A stretch of DNA of 64,000 bases from Rhynchopus sp. YZ270_cl-10 (Eukaryota), in contig OZ037846.1 of NCBI GenBank assembly GCA_964035575.1, positions 682,001 to 746,000 on the forward strand. The letters run 5' to 3'. Below the pieces are notes generated by a model. That model worked only from the letters and a program-made list of their open reading frames with translations, was not told the origin of the DNA and ran no database searches. Shown here piece after piece: positions 1-11,603 of this stretch. Numbering within the stretch: position 1 is the first letter of the stretch; every line of letters begins with the position of its first letter. The translations under genes were made by a program, and so were the position numbers.

Positions 1-313
1 CACAGGTACACAGGTACACAGGTACACAGGTACACAGGTACACAGGTACACAGGTACACAGGTACACAGGTACACAGGTACACAGGTACACAGGTACACA
101 GGTACACAGGTACACAGGTACACAGGTACACAGGTACACAGGTACACAGGTACACAGGTACACAGGTACACAGGTACACAGGTACACAGGTACACAGGTA
201 CACAGGTACACAGGTACACAGGTACACAGGTACACAGGTACACAGGTACACAGGTACACAGGTACACAGGTACACAGGTACACAGGTACACAGGTACACA
301 GGTACACAGGTAC
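1..313. repeat. 8-bp tandem repeat (CACAGGTA)n, truncated by window start
   Basis: Perfect 8-mer array read directly. Confidence 0.97.
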
Positions 314-951
314 ACCACATCACGTTTTATCTTGTGCATCCCAGCTTGAACGACTCTTTGCCGCTTCACAGCTGGTCTGTGAATGTGCGCTTTGTGTGGT
401 TTTGTGTATCCCAAAGGAAGTCGTCGCCCAAAGCATTTTGACTGAACGTGTGAACGTTGTGAACCTGGAATCGATAGCAGACAGGAAAAGAGGATGAGCA
501 GGCAGCGCCTGCCCGACCTGTGTGAAGTGAATCAGTGATTGCCTGACAGATGTCTGGGGAACCGTGTGTTCTGTGTGGGCATCCATGTACGGAGTATCCC
601 ATTCCCCCCAGCAATTACCAAAAACCGTGAGTGTGCACGGTGGCCCATGGACCACCACGACCTAGTTACCACATATGACTAGTCATATGACAAGGTGCAT
701 GTAATGAGTGGCGTTTGGCCTTAGCCCTGGTTGTTTTTCTTGAGATCATGTGTTGTACCAACGTTACATGTGTGTAACCTTACAACGTCCCCTCCCATCC
801 CTGTATGTTTTTGCCTGTAAAAATGGGCGAGTTGTGGCCGAGTTGTGGCGATATAGGGCGAGTTGTGCGAGTTTTGGGCGAGTTGTTAGGTGAAATCGTA
901 AAGTTCGGAACAACTCGCCCAAAAACGACTCGACCGGCACCTATGCCTAGG

Positions 952-1197
952 CATACCCCGAAGGCAAATTCGTATTCGCCCTATATTCGGATCCCAAAAT
1001 TCCAGGAATTTTGGAATCCGAAAATAGGGCGAATACGAATTCGCCTTCGGGGTATGTCTTAATGGTGGCAGTATTGTGATGGGAGCCCATTGGAATACGC
1101 AAAATACATCAAAATATATCACAATACACGTGATGTATTTTGATGTATTTTGCGTATTCCAATGGGCTCCCATCACAATACTGCCACCATTAGTATG
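952..1197. mobile_element. Non-autonomous CATAC-family MITE related to the 4072-7155 element, with a second MITE nested in its right end
   Basis: CATACCCCGAAGGC...GCCTTCGGGGTATG palindrome; shares TATTCGCCCTATATTCGGATCC with the 4072 element; CCTAGG at 946-951 and 1198-1203. Confidence 0.75.
1060..1192. mobile_element. Palindromic hAT-like MITE (TAATGGTGGCAG ends), copy 1
   Basis: Near-perfect foldback; flanks GTATGTCT/GTATGCCT (8-bp TSD, 1 mismatch); second copy at 27102. Confidence 0.8.
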
Positions 1198-1387
1198 CCT
1201 AGGGGGACCCTATGGATTTTGGATTTTGGATTTTGGCCTGACAACTTTAGAGCATAAATTTGAAGAACAGGACTAGTGAGTTTGGGACCAAAATTTCCAT
1301 TAAACATAGAATGCAAGCAATATCAAATATTGCCTGTTCTTGCTTTCGATCTTGCCTTTTAGCAAGGCAAGAAAAGGCAAGAAAACC

Positions 1388-1483
1388 CACCTGATTTTTA
1401 CCCCGCGTATAGGCGCGTAAAGGCTGGGGAAAATGGGTGGGGTTTGGCCTATACGGGCCTATACGCGGGGTAAAAATCAGGTG
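1388..1483. mobile_element. MITE with CACCTGATTTTTACCCCGCG inverted ends
   Basis: TIR visible; related copies at ~31474-31599, ~40967-41028, ~48618-48698; no consistent TSD seen. Confidence 0.7.
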
Positions 1484-1746
1484 AAAAAGCAAGAAAAAGC
1501 AAAAAAAAAAAAGGGGGGGGGGCAAAGAAAAAGGCAAGAATGGGGAGGTGCAGGGTAATGATACAGGGGTTTCCGGTAAGCTTCTAACCAACAGGGACGA
1601 ATCCATAGCTTAATGACCCTTGTTTGCCTAATGTACACCTAACAGACTGAAGGTATTAAGGTGTGCAAGCTTACATAATGGTAGTCAACGGGGCAGGTGG
1701 CCCGGTGGACTGACCACCAAAAGGACAACATGCGCAAAGTGCAAGA

Positions 1747-2356
1747 GCCCAAAAATGTCCTGTGAGTCCATTCCGACCTGTTTTGGACACTTTAGGCACT
1801 TGTTTTGGTGTTTTTTTGGTGTTTTGAGGTCAAAAAAGATCCCCTGACTATCCCCTGGCAGCCCTGGGCCGCGACTTGCGCCCTGCTTTTAGACCCACTC
1901 TGGGCCAAAAAATGGGCGAAAACCTCCGAAAAAGCACTCTGGGAGCCCAGATAGTTCCAAATTTCCACCGCACACCCTCAAAAACACCTCAAAAACATGT
2001 CAGAAAAACATTTTCAAAAACACACTTTTTCAAATAAGTCATTATGGAACCTGCCCAGATGAACTTTTTGAAAAAAGTGTGTTTTTGAAAATATTTTTCT
2101 GGCATGTTTTTGAGGTGTTTGGGTGGGTTTCTGGTGGATATATGGAACTATCTGGGTCCCCGGAGTGCTTTTTCGAGGGTTTTCACCCATTTTTTGGCCC
2201 AGAGGGGGTCCAAAAGCAGGGCGCAAGTCGCGGCCCAGGGCTGCCAGGGGATAGTCAGGGGATCTTTTTTGACCTCAAAACACCAAAAAAACACCAAAAA
2301 AGGCGATAAATGTGTTCAAAACAGGTCGGAATGGACTCGCGGGACATTTTTGGGGC
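1747..2356. repeat. ~610-bp imperfect inverted repeat (foldback)
   Basis: Arms are reverse complements (e.g. GAGTCCATTCCGACCTGTTTTG / CAAAACAGGTCGGAATGGACTC), centre near 2050. Confidence 0.85.
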
Positions 2357-2664
2357 ATATTTGTGCCCAGACAGGCCTAATGATGACAAATTTTTGCTTT
2401 TTTTTTTGAAATATTGGTCAAAAATGGCCATTTTGACCAAAATGGCCCAAACGGCCAAAATGGTCTATTTTTGCTATTTTTTTCCATTTTTTTGTATCTC
2501 TGGGGTGTCTCACCTATAGAACACCCCCAAACCACACCCCAAAACCATCTCTGACCCGAAATTTTCGGTGGTTTGCGGGTACTTTGCACGTAAATCCAAA
2601 AAAATCGAAATGCCTCAAAAAAATAGGGGTTTTGCCCCCACCTAAGGGGGGGGGGGGGGGGGTA

Positions 2665-4067
2665 GGGGGGGTCACATCCCATGTTAAAAGTGAGGACACC
2701 GACCAAAAAAATTTTTTTTTGAGAAAAAAATGGACATCACCCTGAAAAACCAGAAAATATGGTCCCCAGGTGACCTACAATTCAATTCCGCCTGGTTTTG
2801 GACACTTCTGAGCACTTGTGGGGGTCTAATTCGGATTTTTCAAAAAAAAAAAAACGGCCTGGGACAGGGTTTGTACTTTGGCACCTTTCAAATCGGGGTA
2901 CAATCAAAACCCATTAAAAACACCGTTGGGACGCATTGAGAGGGCGGGAAAAGTGCCGGGGGCACTGTATAGGCGGTTCTACGCCAAGTCCGGTCTAAAA
3001 GCCTTGTGTAGGCGCAGTGGAATGGCAGTAAAGGCAAAGCGCCGTATCCACTGTGGAATAGGCCTGCTGAAGGTGTCCTCAGAGGCGATTCTGCAAGTCC
3101 TGGGGAGATTGAGTTTAAGAAAACACATGAAAAGGGGAGGAAAGTGATGTGTGTGGCATTGGGCCTCCCACGCGTCCTCCTCGCGGGTCATTGCGCACGG
3201 CTTGTCGTCAAGCAGTCTGGCCTTGCCATGTTGGAGCAGTGTGCCTAAGTTCCCAATACGGCGTTCCTTGCCCTTGTGAGCTTTGAGGACGTCTCGCTCT
3301 TGCCGCTATATTTTGTGGCGTGCCTGTCCGTGTTCACAAGGGATGTCTCTTTCCTCCCACAGTAATCTGGGTGTGGGGTCTGAAGAAGACAAAGAAGACG
3401 AGGCAGATGCGGGGTGGTGCTGTAGTCGAGTCTATGACTGGATATCCATATACGTGTCTAGTACACGGCTATTGTAGACTGAACTGCAAAACCAAGGGGG
3501 GAATTGGGCATTGCAATATCTGGAAAGTCATACGAGGTGTTTTTTTCCGCAAGGGAAGGTACCCTGAGGGACCGGGTGAGGCAGTGACGGCAGATCTGCT
3601 CGATAATTTACACCTGACTAATTTTCCTCCCTAAATTGATCACTCCCTGGCCTATTAATGGTGTGGGTACCTAAGCGCGTGTATACATTGGTCACTACGA
3701 CCCACAAAATACAGATGCCAGGTGACCGTCTTGTCTTCTTTTGGCTGTATTCAAACGCACTTAGATGACATTAGTCAAGATGTATCCTTTACTTCCTAAA
3801 ATATGAGTCATGGGCTGTTGCCATGGCCATATCTCGTTTATGTGCTAAAAAATAGGAATAAGCAAGGTACAGACCCTGTCCCAAGACCCCTTTTTTTTTC
3901 GGAATTTTGATTTTCTGGTCACTTCCGGTCACTATTTTTGGTATTTTTGGGCCTCCAGGACGTTTTCTAGGGGATCTTGGGTAGTGACTTGTGGGGTCGG
4001 ACACCGCGCTGCGCGTAGAATTCAAAAACCCTGAAAAAGTGCATTGTCCTCCCCTTGTGACCCCCCC
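2665..4067. mobile_element. Non-autonomous element with GGGGGGGTCACA...TGTGACCCCCCC ends, TA flanks
   Basis: Symmetric G7/C7 termini each flanked by TA. Confidence 0.6.
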
Positions 4068-4071
4068 TAGG

Positions 4072-7000
4072 CATACCTAGAAAGCGAATATGATATTCGG
4101 CCTATATTCGGATCCGAATATGCGTATTCGCCCTATATTCGGATCCGAATATAGGCGAATATAGGCCGAATATGACCCGAATACACGTATCACCAACAGG
4201 AATGTATCATATTTTTGAAATAGACCCCACCACGTTCCGCAATTGGCTCGGAAAATCCAAAAATGGGGGGGAAGGGGAAAAAAAGAGAAAAAAAAGTCCA
4301 AAAAAAAAGAAGAAAGAAAGTCACTTTTGTATTTCGAAGCCCCGCGGGCTTTCCATGAATTTTCGCCGAAAATTATCGCGTTTAGGTTTGCACAATATAT
4401 GACGTGCTTCGGTGAATTCTTTTCGGTGCACCCCTACACTATCAACAGGAATTTATCAGTTTAAACGCTAAAAAAAATATCATCAATGGGCCCAAAAAGC
4501 AGAAAGAGGAAGGTCGACGAGACGACCATTGTCTCGAGCAACACGGACGCGAGCGATTCCTCTTCCACCAGGGCACAAACAAAGAAAAGAGTGAAAAAAT
4601 CAGCGAAGAAGGCAACGAATAAGCCTTCTACAAAGACTGCAAGCAAGCCACCAGCCAAGAAAGGCGGCGCGATAGAGAAGACCCCGGCGGAGAAGCGCAA
4701 AGAGACCATAGAACACGGTGAAAGTAGTACCGCCAAGGTACACGTCCAAAGCGACCGCCACAAAAATAATGAGCGTAGGGAGAAGAAGAAGAAGAAGAAG
4801 GCTGCAGCTCCAGTTGGTGACACGAAGGAGAAGCGGCAGCAGGTGTTGACGCCGGTGATGGGGTTGGCGGCGTTTGTCACAACATGGGCATTGGCTGTGC
4901 TGGTCTGCGGACTCACAGAACGCCAAGCCGACATTATGTCGCTGCCAGTGCGTCCCCTCTTCGGAGAGGACTTCCCAACCGGGAAAACGGTCCTGGGCCG
5001 CTCCACGAAGTTCGTGAAGGAGATCGAGGGTGTGCTACTGAAGTTGGTTGAAGGGAAACCAATCCCTCTCGGGATAGATGGATCGGGTATGCTAATAAAC
5101 AAATGACCACTATCCCAAAATTTTTATTGCAGGACAGAGACACCTGGGTTTTTCGACATTGTGCATTGTAGCGTTCGTTGCAGGCCAAGCCCTCCTCATT
5201 CATATGGACGTAAAAGATACTGGAGAAGTCCACTGTGGTCGAGATGTGAAGGATGCTATCAACACAGCTCGAAAAAAATTTAATATCGCGCATTCTCCCG
5301 TGGTTGCTGATTATGGATCGATAAATGTGGTAGGGTTGTCTGACGAGGAAGCCAGTTGGTGTTTTGGCCACGTGACAAATTCGGCACTGAAAGCACACGT
5401 AAAAATTAACTACCAGCTGTCATATGTTTTTTGTACAGCGTTTAGTCAGCTTTTCTCTTGTAAAAGCCGACGAGTGCGCTGGCTCAATTTCCAGGAATCT
5501 TCTGTCAGCAACGCGCGTGAGTCGGCGGCGGACACACAAGACACCAGGATTCGTTTGAAAGTCGCTGTGGAGAAAAAAAGTGTCAGGGGCATGCAACGTT
5601 TGCTTCCGGGGCCGAAAATAGATGATATTGAAGAGCTTCTGGCCAAAGCAAAGGAGGTGTTGAGCGAAACGATCGATGTTGACGTTGAGAATGTTGATAC
5701 GGCATCGCCGAAGACACCATCACTCACCAGCGACACCCGGTGGTTAGCCATGGCCGACCTTGCTATACACATTAGAGACAGACATCAACCCCTGGTATCT
5801 TTCCTCGATAGTGAAATGGGGAGAAAGAAAAAGAACCAGTCTCTCCTCTCCCTCGTTGAACTTGTCAAAACGGACAGGTGGCAGGATCATGTACGCGAAG
5901 TGTCGGCATTTGCAAACGATATCGAACCTCTTCTTCCATTCCTCAGAAAGGTGCAAAATCCCGGCACCAAAATTGCAGCGAGCTGGTGGTTTCCAGAGAT
6001 TCAGAGGGTACTCACCAACAGCGACTACTCTGCGAATATGCGCGAGTGTTTATCAGCAGCATGGGCCGAGTACAAGTCGAGAGACCGGTTTGAGAAGTTA
6101 ATATTCTTTGACTGCAATGTCATCCTCTCCGGGGACTATGATGATGATGACCTGCCGACAGGGGAGCCACAGTGTCAGGACGCAGAGATGCAGAAATGGG
6201 GTGCTATTTTCTATGCTTTGCGCGAACCGACCGTGTGGAACGAATTCATCCTGTACCTCAACGCCGAAGCCCTTTTGTTTCAGGATGTTACTGACCTGTT
6301 CGAGTTCTGGAGTCCAAGAGGCAGTGGAGGGTTACGCTTCCCGAATTTAGCGCCACACGTCCATGGATGGCTTTCAACCCCGATCAGCGTAACCTCAGTT
6401 GATGGATTATTTTCTTCCTTAAGTGCAATGAAAAATAAACGCTCCTCGAATTTATCTAAGGAAAAGTTTATTGAGAAGCTGATGCTGCGGAAGAACGGCA
6501 AGCTCCTTGGATTGCTTCAGGACAAGAAGGGGCTCCTCGGCGAGGCGGTGGAGCAGTCGGAATCGTCAGATTCCGACTGTGAGCCTCTCGCCGAGGAGCT
6601 CGAGATGATACCAGTGTTCTAAATGCTGGTATCATCTCGAGCTGCTTTTTCATGAGCAAACAAAAAAAAAAAACAAAAAAAAACCCCTCTTTGTTTGCAC
6701 TACTCCTACTACTACTTCAATCTTAAGTCCACACCCACGTGGCGGACGCTTTGGCATGCGTCTGTAAGGACAGCCTTGATACTTTCTGTATTGCCTCTTT
6801 TCCATCAACAGTGCTTTTTGTGCTTTCAACTTCTCTTGTTTTTGCAAAGACACCGATCATCAAAAGACCCCCACACCCACCCCCCAATACACGCGTTTCG
6901 CTACCTCATGTCCCCACCCACCCCCATCCAAACTCACTCACACCCTTTCTGCAGTCTAGATTCTGTGTATTCGGATCCGAATATAGGGCGAATATGATAT

Positions 7001-7155
7001 TCGGCCTATATTCGGATCCGAATATAGGCCGAATATGCATATTCGGCCTATATTCGGATCCGAATACGATATTCGGATCCGAATATAGGCCGAATATGGC
7101 CCAAGAATTTTGGATCCGAATATAGGCCGAATATCATATTCGCTTTCTAGGTATG
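4072..7155 (+). mobile_element. Putatively autonomous hAT-type DNA transposon with 6-bp TSD
   Basis: Perfect TIR CATACCTAGAAAGCGAATATGATATTCGGCCTATATTCGGATCC; subterminal TATTCGGATCCGAATA repeats; CCTAGG at 4066-4071 and 7156-7161; internal transposase. Confidence 0.9.
4486..6622 (+). CDS. hAT-family transposase, 2 exons (4486-5086, 5133-6622), 696 aa
   Basis: 46-nt GTATG...TTGCAG intron joins the two ORFs in frame; motifs LGIDG, VVADYGS, CFGH (CxxH), DTRW, and C-terminal FW...FPNLA...LSTPISVTSVDGLFS...RSSNLS matching the hAT C-terminal domain pattern. Confidence 0.88.
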
Positions 7156-7183
7156 CCTAGGGGGGGGGGGGGGGGGGGGGTTA

Positions 7184-7785
7184 GGGGGGGTCAAATGGGT
7201 GATACAAACCCACTTTTTTCAGTTTTTGATAAAAACGCATTTCTAAGTGAATCTGACCCGAAAATGTGACACATATCGTGTGGAAAACTGTTTGTCGGTC
7301 GGTTTTGACCCATTTTTCGGGCCCAGGAGGTGCTAAAACGTGAAAATTGAAAAATTGCCCATGATTGGTACCCCACGTTAAGTCGTTAAGGATTTCCTTA
7401 ACGATTTCCTTAACGATTTTCCAATTTTTGACTATTTTTGCATATTTTCACACGGAACTGCCCAAAATTAGAGAGTTTTGCCCCGAAAACAGGGTATCGT
7501 CAATTTTTGAGCAAAAAAATCGCAAAAGAAATGAAAAAAATCGGAATTTAACTCCTTAAGGAATTGGTGGGGCTGGTACCAATAATGGGTAAATTTTTTT
7601 TTTTTTTTGGAATTTCACCATTTGGGGTGCATGTGATCCCCCTCTGGCGTGAAAACCACCCCCCACGATGTTTTTGAGAGGTTCTTGGTCAAAATTTCTA
7701 CTCAATCATCCAAAATAATGCGTTTTTATCAAAAACTCGAAAAAATGACGTTTGTATCGTTTTTTTAAGTGCATTTGACCCCCCC
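7184..7785. mobile_element. Non-autonomous element with GGGGGGGTCAAATG...CATTTGACCCCCCC ends, TA flanks
   Basis: TIR plus subterminal inverted match TTTTTGATAAAAACGCAT / ATGCGTTTTTATCAAAAA. Confidence 0.75.
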
Positions 7786-8022
7786 TAGGCATACATGGTA
7801 AGCGAACAAAAAATTCGCTTTATTCGCTTTTCCAAAAAAGCGAATAAAAAATTCGCTTTATTCGCTTTTGGTTCGCTTTTTTATTCGCTTTATTCGCTTT
7901 TGGTTCGCTTTTTTATTCGCTTTATTCGCCTTTTATTCGCCTTTCGGTGATCTATGATCGTCTCCATGGGACACGTAACAGGCTGTGAGAGCTTACTGAG
8001 AGCTAGTGGGAGCTGAGTACTG

Positions 8023-8285
8023 AGTATACACAGTATACACAGTATACACAGTATACACAGTATACACAGTATACACAGTATACACAGTATACACAGTATA
8101 CACAGTATACACAGTATACACAGTATACACAGTATACACAGTATACACAGTATACACAGTATACACAGTATACACAGTATACACAGTATACACAGTATAC
8201 ACAGTATACACAGTATACACAGTATACACAGTATACACAGTATACACAGTATACACAGTATACACAGTATACACAGTATACACAG
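8023..8285. repeat. 9-bp tandem repeat (TATACACAG)n
   Basis: Direct reading. Confidence 0.97.
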
Positions 8286-8294
8286 GGGATTGGG

Positions 8295-8893
8295 AGTACA
8301 GTACAGTACAGTACAGTACAGTACAGTACAGTACAGTACAGTACAGTACAGTACAGTACAGTACAGTACAGTACAGTACAGTACAGTACAGTACAGTACA
8401 GTACAGTACAGTACAGTACAGTACAGTACAGTACAGTACAGTACAGTACAGTACAGTACAGTACAGTACAGTACAGTACAGTACAGTACAGTACAGTACA
8501 GTACAGTACAGTACAGTACAGTACAGTACAGTACAGTACAGTACAGTACAGTACAGTACAGTACAGTACAGTACAGTACAGTACAGTACAGTACAGTACA
8601 GTACAGTACAGTACAGTACAGTACAGTACAGTACAGTACAGTACAGTACAGTACAGTACAGTACAGTACAGTACAGTACAGTACAGTACAGTACAGTACA
8701 GTACAGTACAGTACAGTACAGTACAGTACAGTACAGTACAGTACAGTACAGTACAGTACAGTACAGTACAGTACAGTACAGTACAGTACAGTACAGTACA
8801 GTACAGTACAGTACAGTACAGTACAGTACAGTACAGTACAGTACAGTACAGTACAGTACAGTACAGTACAGTACAGTACAGTACAGTACAGTA
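8295..8893. repeat. 5-bp tandem repeat (TACAG)n
   Basis: Direct reading. Confidence 0.97.
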
Positions 8894-9129
8894 GCCTTAT
8901 TTTGGCGTCGTTGCGGGTATTGGGGGATCTCAGGGGACTAGACTCGACACACTAGACTTGACAAAAAATACGTTGCTTTTTATTCGCTTTTTGTTCGCTT
9001 TTTCGTTCGCTTTTTGTTCGCTTCATTCGCTTTATTCGCCGGCGAATAAAGCGAATAAAAAAGCGAACCAAAAGCGAATAAAGCGAATTTTTTATTCGCT
9101 TACCATGTATGCCTAGGGGGGGGGGGGTA

Positions 9130-10714
9130 GGGGGGGGGCAAAAAGCGGTGTTTAGTGAAATTTTTTGAGTTACGATACCACAGAGGCTCGAAACACAAAA
9201 TCTCTGGCGAATATGGATTTTTTGGGGCTCAGGAGGGGGGTGTGCCTGGTCACAGGCCTCCAAATGCGCCCAGAAACATGAAAAATATGAAAAATTGACT
9301 GGTTTTTTGGGGTTTTCGCACTTTTCGCACTTTTGGGAAAACAGCGTTTTTTCACCTTTTTTTTGAAAAAAATATCAAAAAACGGACATCAGATAGTGTG
9401 CAAATGCCCAAAATCACCCCAAAAGTATCGAATCTTTTCAAATACATCTGTTTTTCACACTTTAGACGCTCTGTTCGGGGCCAAAACCTCATTTTTAGGT
9501 CAAAAAATCGTCCCGTTTTCGTCCCGTTTACCGCGCTCACACCATTCCTCAAACCCGTTGGGCCACTTTCTGGCCACTGCTGGGGGGTCTGACCACCCAG
9601 AGCACCCCCATTTACCAACCTCCTACCACATTTTCACCGAATTTCAGACCCAAAACTCTCTCTGTACCCCCAGAAATGACCCAAAAAAACACAGAAAAAA
9701 TGACTTTGGCAACAGCAACGGCTATGATAAGCACCCTTTTTGGGAAAGGTGGGGAAGAGGGAGAGTCCCTGGTGCGAGGTGGGTGCTGAGGAAGTGGCGT
9801 GCTTGCATCACAAAGCCCCTTGCAGATCCCTGACGGAGATTATGTTCGGGAGGGGCCTTGTGCAGGTGGGGTGCAAGAGGATACAGGTGGGGACAAGGGA
9901 CAAGACGAGCAAGGTGTGGTGCCTGCATTGCAGCCACTCTCACTATGTTTGTCCCCACCTGTCTCCTCTTGCACTCCATCTGCACAAGGCCCCTCCCGAA
10001 CATATTCCCCGTCAGGGATCTGCAAGGGGCTTTGTGATGCAAGCACGCCACTTCCTCAGCACCCACCTCGCACCAGGGACTCTCCCTCTTCCCCACTTTT
10101 CCCAAAAAGGGTGCTTATCATAGCCGTTGCTGTTGCCAAAGTCATTTTTTCTGTGTTTTTTTGGGTCATTTCTGGGGGTACAGAGAGAGTTTTGGGTCTG
10201 AAATTCGGTGAAAATGTGGTAGGAGGTTGGTAAATGGGGGTGCTCTGGGTGGTCAGACCCCCCAGCAGTGGCCAGAAAGTGGCCCAACGGGTTTGAGGAA
10301 TGGTGTGAGCGCGGTAAACGGGACGAAAACGGGACGATTTTTTGACCTAAAAATGAGGTTTTGGCCCCGAACAGAGCGTCTAAAGTGTGAAAAACAGATG
10401 TATTTGAAAAGATTCGATACTTTTGGGGTGATTTTGGGCATTTGCACACTATCTGATGTCCGTTTTTTGATATTTTTTTCAAAAAAAAGGTGAAAAAACG
10501 CTGTTTTCCCAAAAGTGCGAAAAGTGCGAAAACCCCAAAAAACCAGTCAATTTTTCATATTTTTCATGTTTCTGGGCGCATTTGGAGGCCTGTGACCAGG
10601 CACACCCCCCTCCTGAGCCCCAAAAAATCCATATTCGCCAGAGATTTTGTGTTTCGAGCCTCTGTGGTATCGTAACTCAAAAAATTTCACTAAACACCGC
10701 TTTTTGCCCCCCCC
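9130..10714. mobile_element. ~1.6-kb near-perfect palindromic (foldback) element with G-run/C-run ends
   Basis: Mirror ORFs in the track (9333..9833+ vs 10012..10512-); ends GGGGGGGGCAAAAAGCGG / CCGCTTTTTGCCCCCCCC flanked by TA; short spacer near 9900-9950. Confidence 0.88.
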
Positions 10715-10719
10715 TACGG

Positions 10720-11603
10720 CATACTTGTCCCCCCAATATGGGGAGGCCCTATTCCCCCATATTTTGGTACCCTACACTTTTGTGGCAAATATGGGGGAAA
10801 TATGGGGGGAATACAGCAGGAATACTGCACAAATATGGGGGAATATGGGGGAAATATGGGGGTGTTTTCCTATTGTTTTCCTAGTGTACTATAGTGTACT
10901 AGTGTACTATAGTGTACTATAGTGTACTATAGTGTACTATAGTGTACTATAGTGTACTATAGTGTACTATAGTGTACTATAGTGTACTATAGTGTACTAT
11001 AGTGTACTATAGTGTACTATAGTGTACTATAGTGTACTATAGTGTACTATAGTGTACTATAGTGTACTATAGTGTACTATAGTGTACTATAGTGTACTAT
11101 AGTGTACTAGTGTACTGGTAAGTGGGCTATAGGTCAAACGCAGGGGCAATGCTAACCCGTCTGTGTCGAGGGCCTTATCGATGGCACCGGAAGGCCCGAT
11201 GTCGTGAAGCTTTGTGCTGAAACCATCTGGGCGGTTAGGCCTGTTGATGCCTGACACCGGTGGCAAAACAGGGGAGTCTGAGAGGAACTCATAATGTTAC
11301 TCTTCTTTCTGCCCATACCAAAACGTCAGCAGGTTTGCCCTTCTTATAGGGACTTACAACCATGTAATCCTCATGCGTCAGAGAAACGTCGAAAATTGTG
11401 TTGGAGGGGTGGGTAGGTAAGTAACGTACAGAAGCAGTACACCAGTACACCAGTGCACCAGTACACCAGTACATCTATTCCCCCATAAAAAATATGGGGG
11501 AAATATGGGGAAAATATGGGGGAATATGGGGGGGAAAATCCCCCATATTTCCCCCATATTTTCCCCATATTTTACCCCTCCCCATAATGGGGGGACAAGT
11601 ATG
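10720..11603. mobile_element. Non-autonomous CATAC-family element carrying a 10-bp microsatellite
   Basis: TIR CATACTTGTCCCCCCA...TGGGGGGACAAGTATG; AATATGGGGG subterminal repeats; flanks CCTACGG / CCTAGG. Confidence 0.78.
10882..11116. repeat. 10-bp tandem repeat (TAGTGTACTA)n
   Basis: Direct reading. Confidence 0.95.

Larger units (their letters stand above)
7790..9111. mobile_element. Non-autonomous CATAC-family element carrying two microsatellites
   Basis: TIR CATACATGGTAAGCGAA...TTCGCTTACCATGTATG; TATTCGCTT subterminal repeats; CCTAGG on both sides. Confidence 0.82.

Noticed and set aside
1..313. Telomeric repeat
   Set aside because: Unit lacks a G-run, resembles the internal TA-anchored satellites, and the window edge is arbitrary
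4068..7159. Alternative reading of the element as GGCATAC ends with a TA TSD
   Set aside because: The 57797 copy shows CATAC ends with a 6-bp AGTGGT duplication; the extra symmetry comes from the palindromic CCTAGG target
7993..8955. Long ORFs YTV..., QYSTV... (also 17453-18342, 36893-37606, 59228-60567)
   Set aside because: Artefacts of stop-free microsatellites
9333..10512. Paired 166-aa and 127-aa ORFs
   Set aside because: Mirror images from the palindrome; no recognisable protein features
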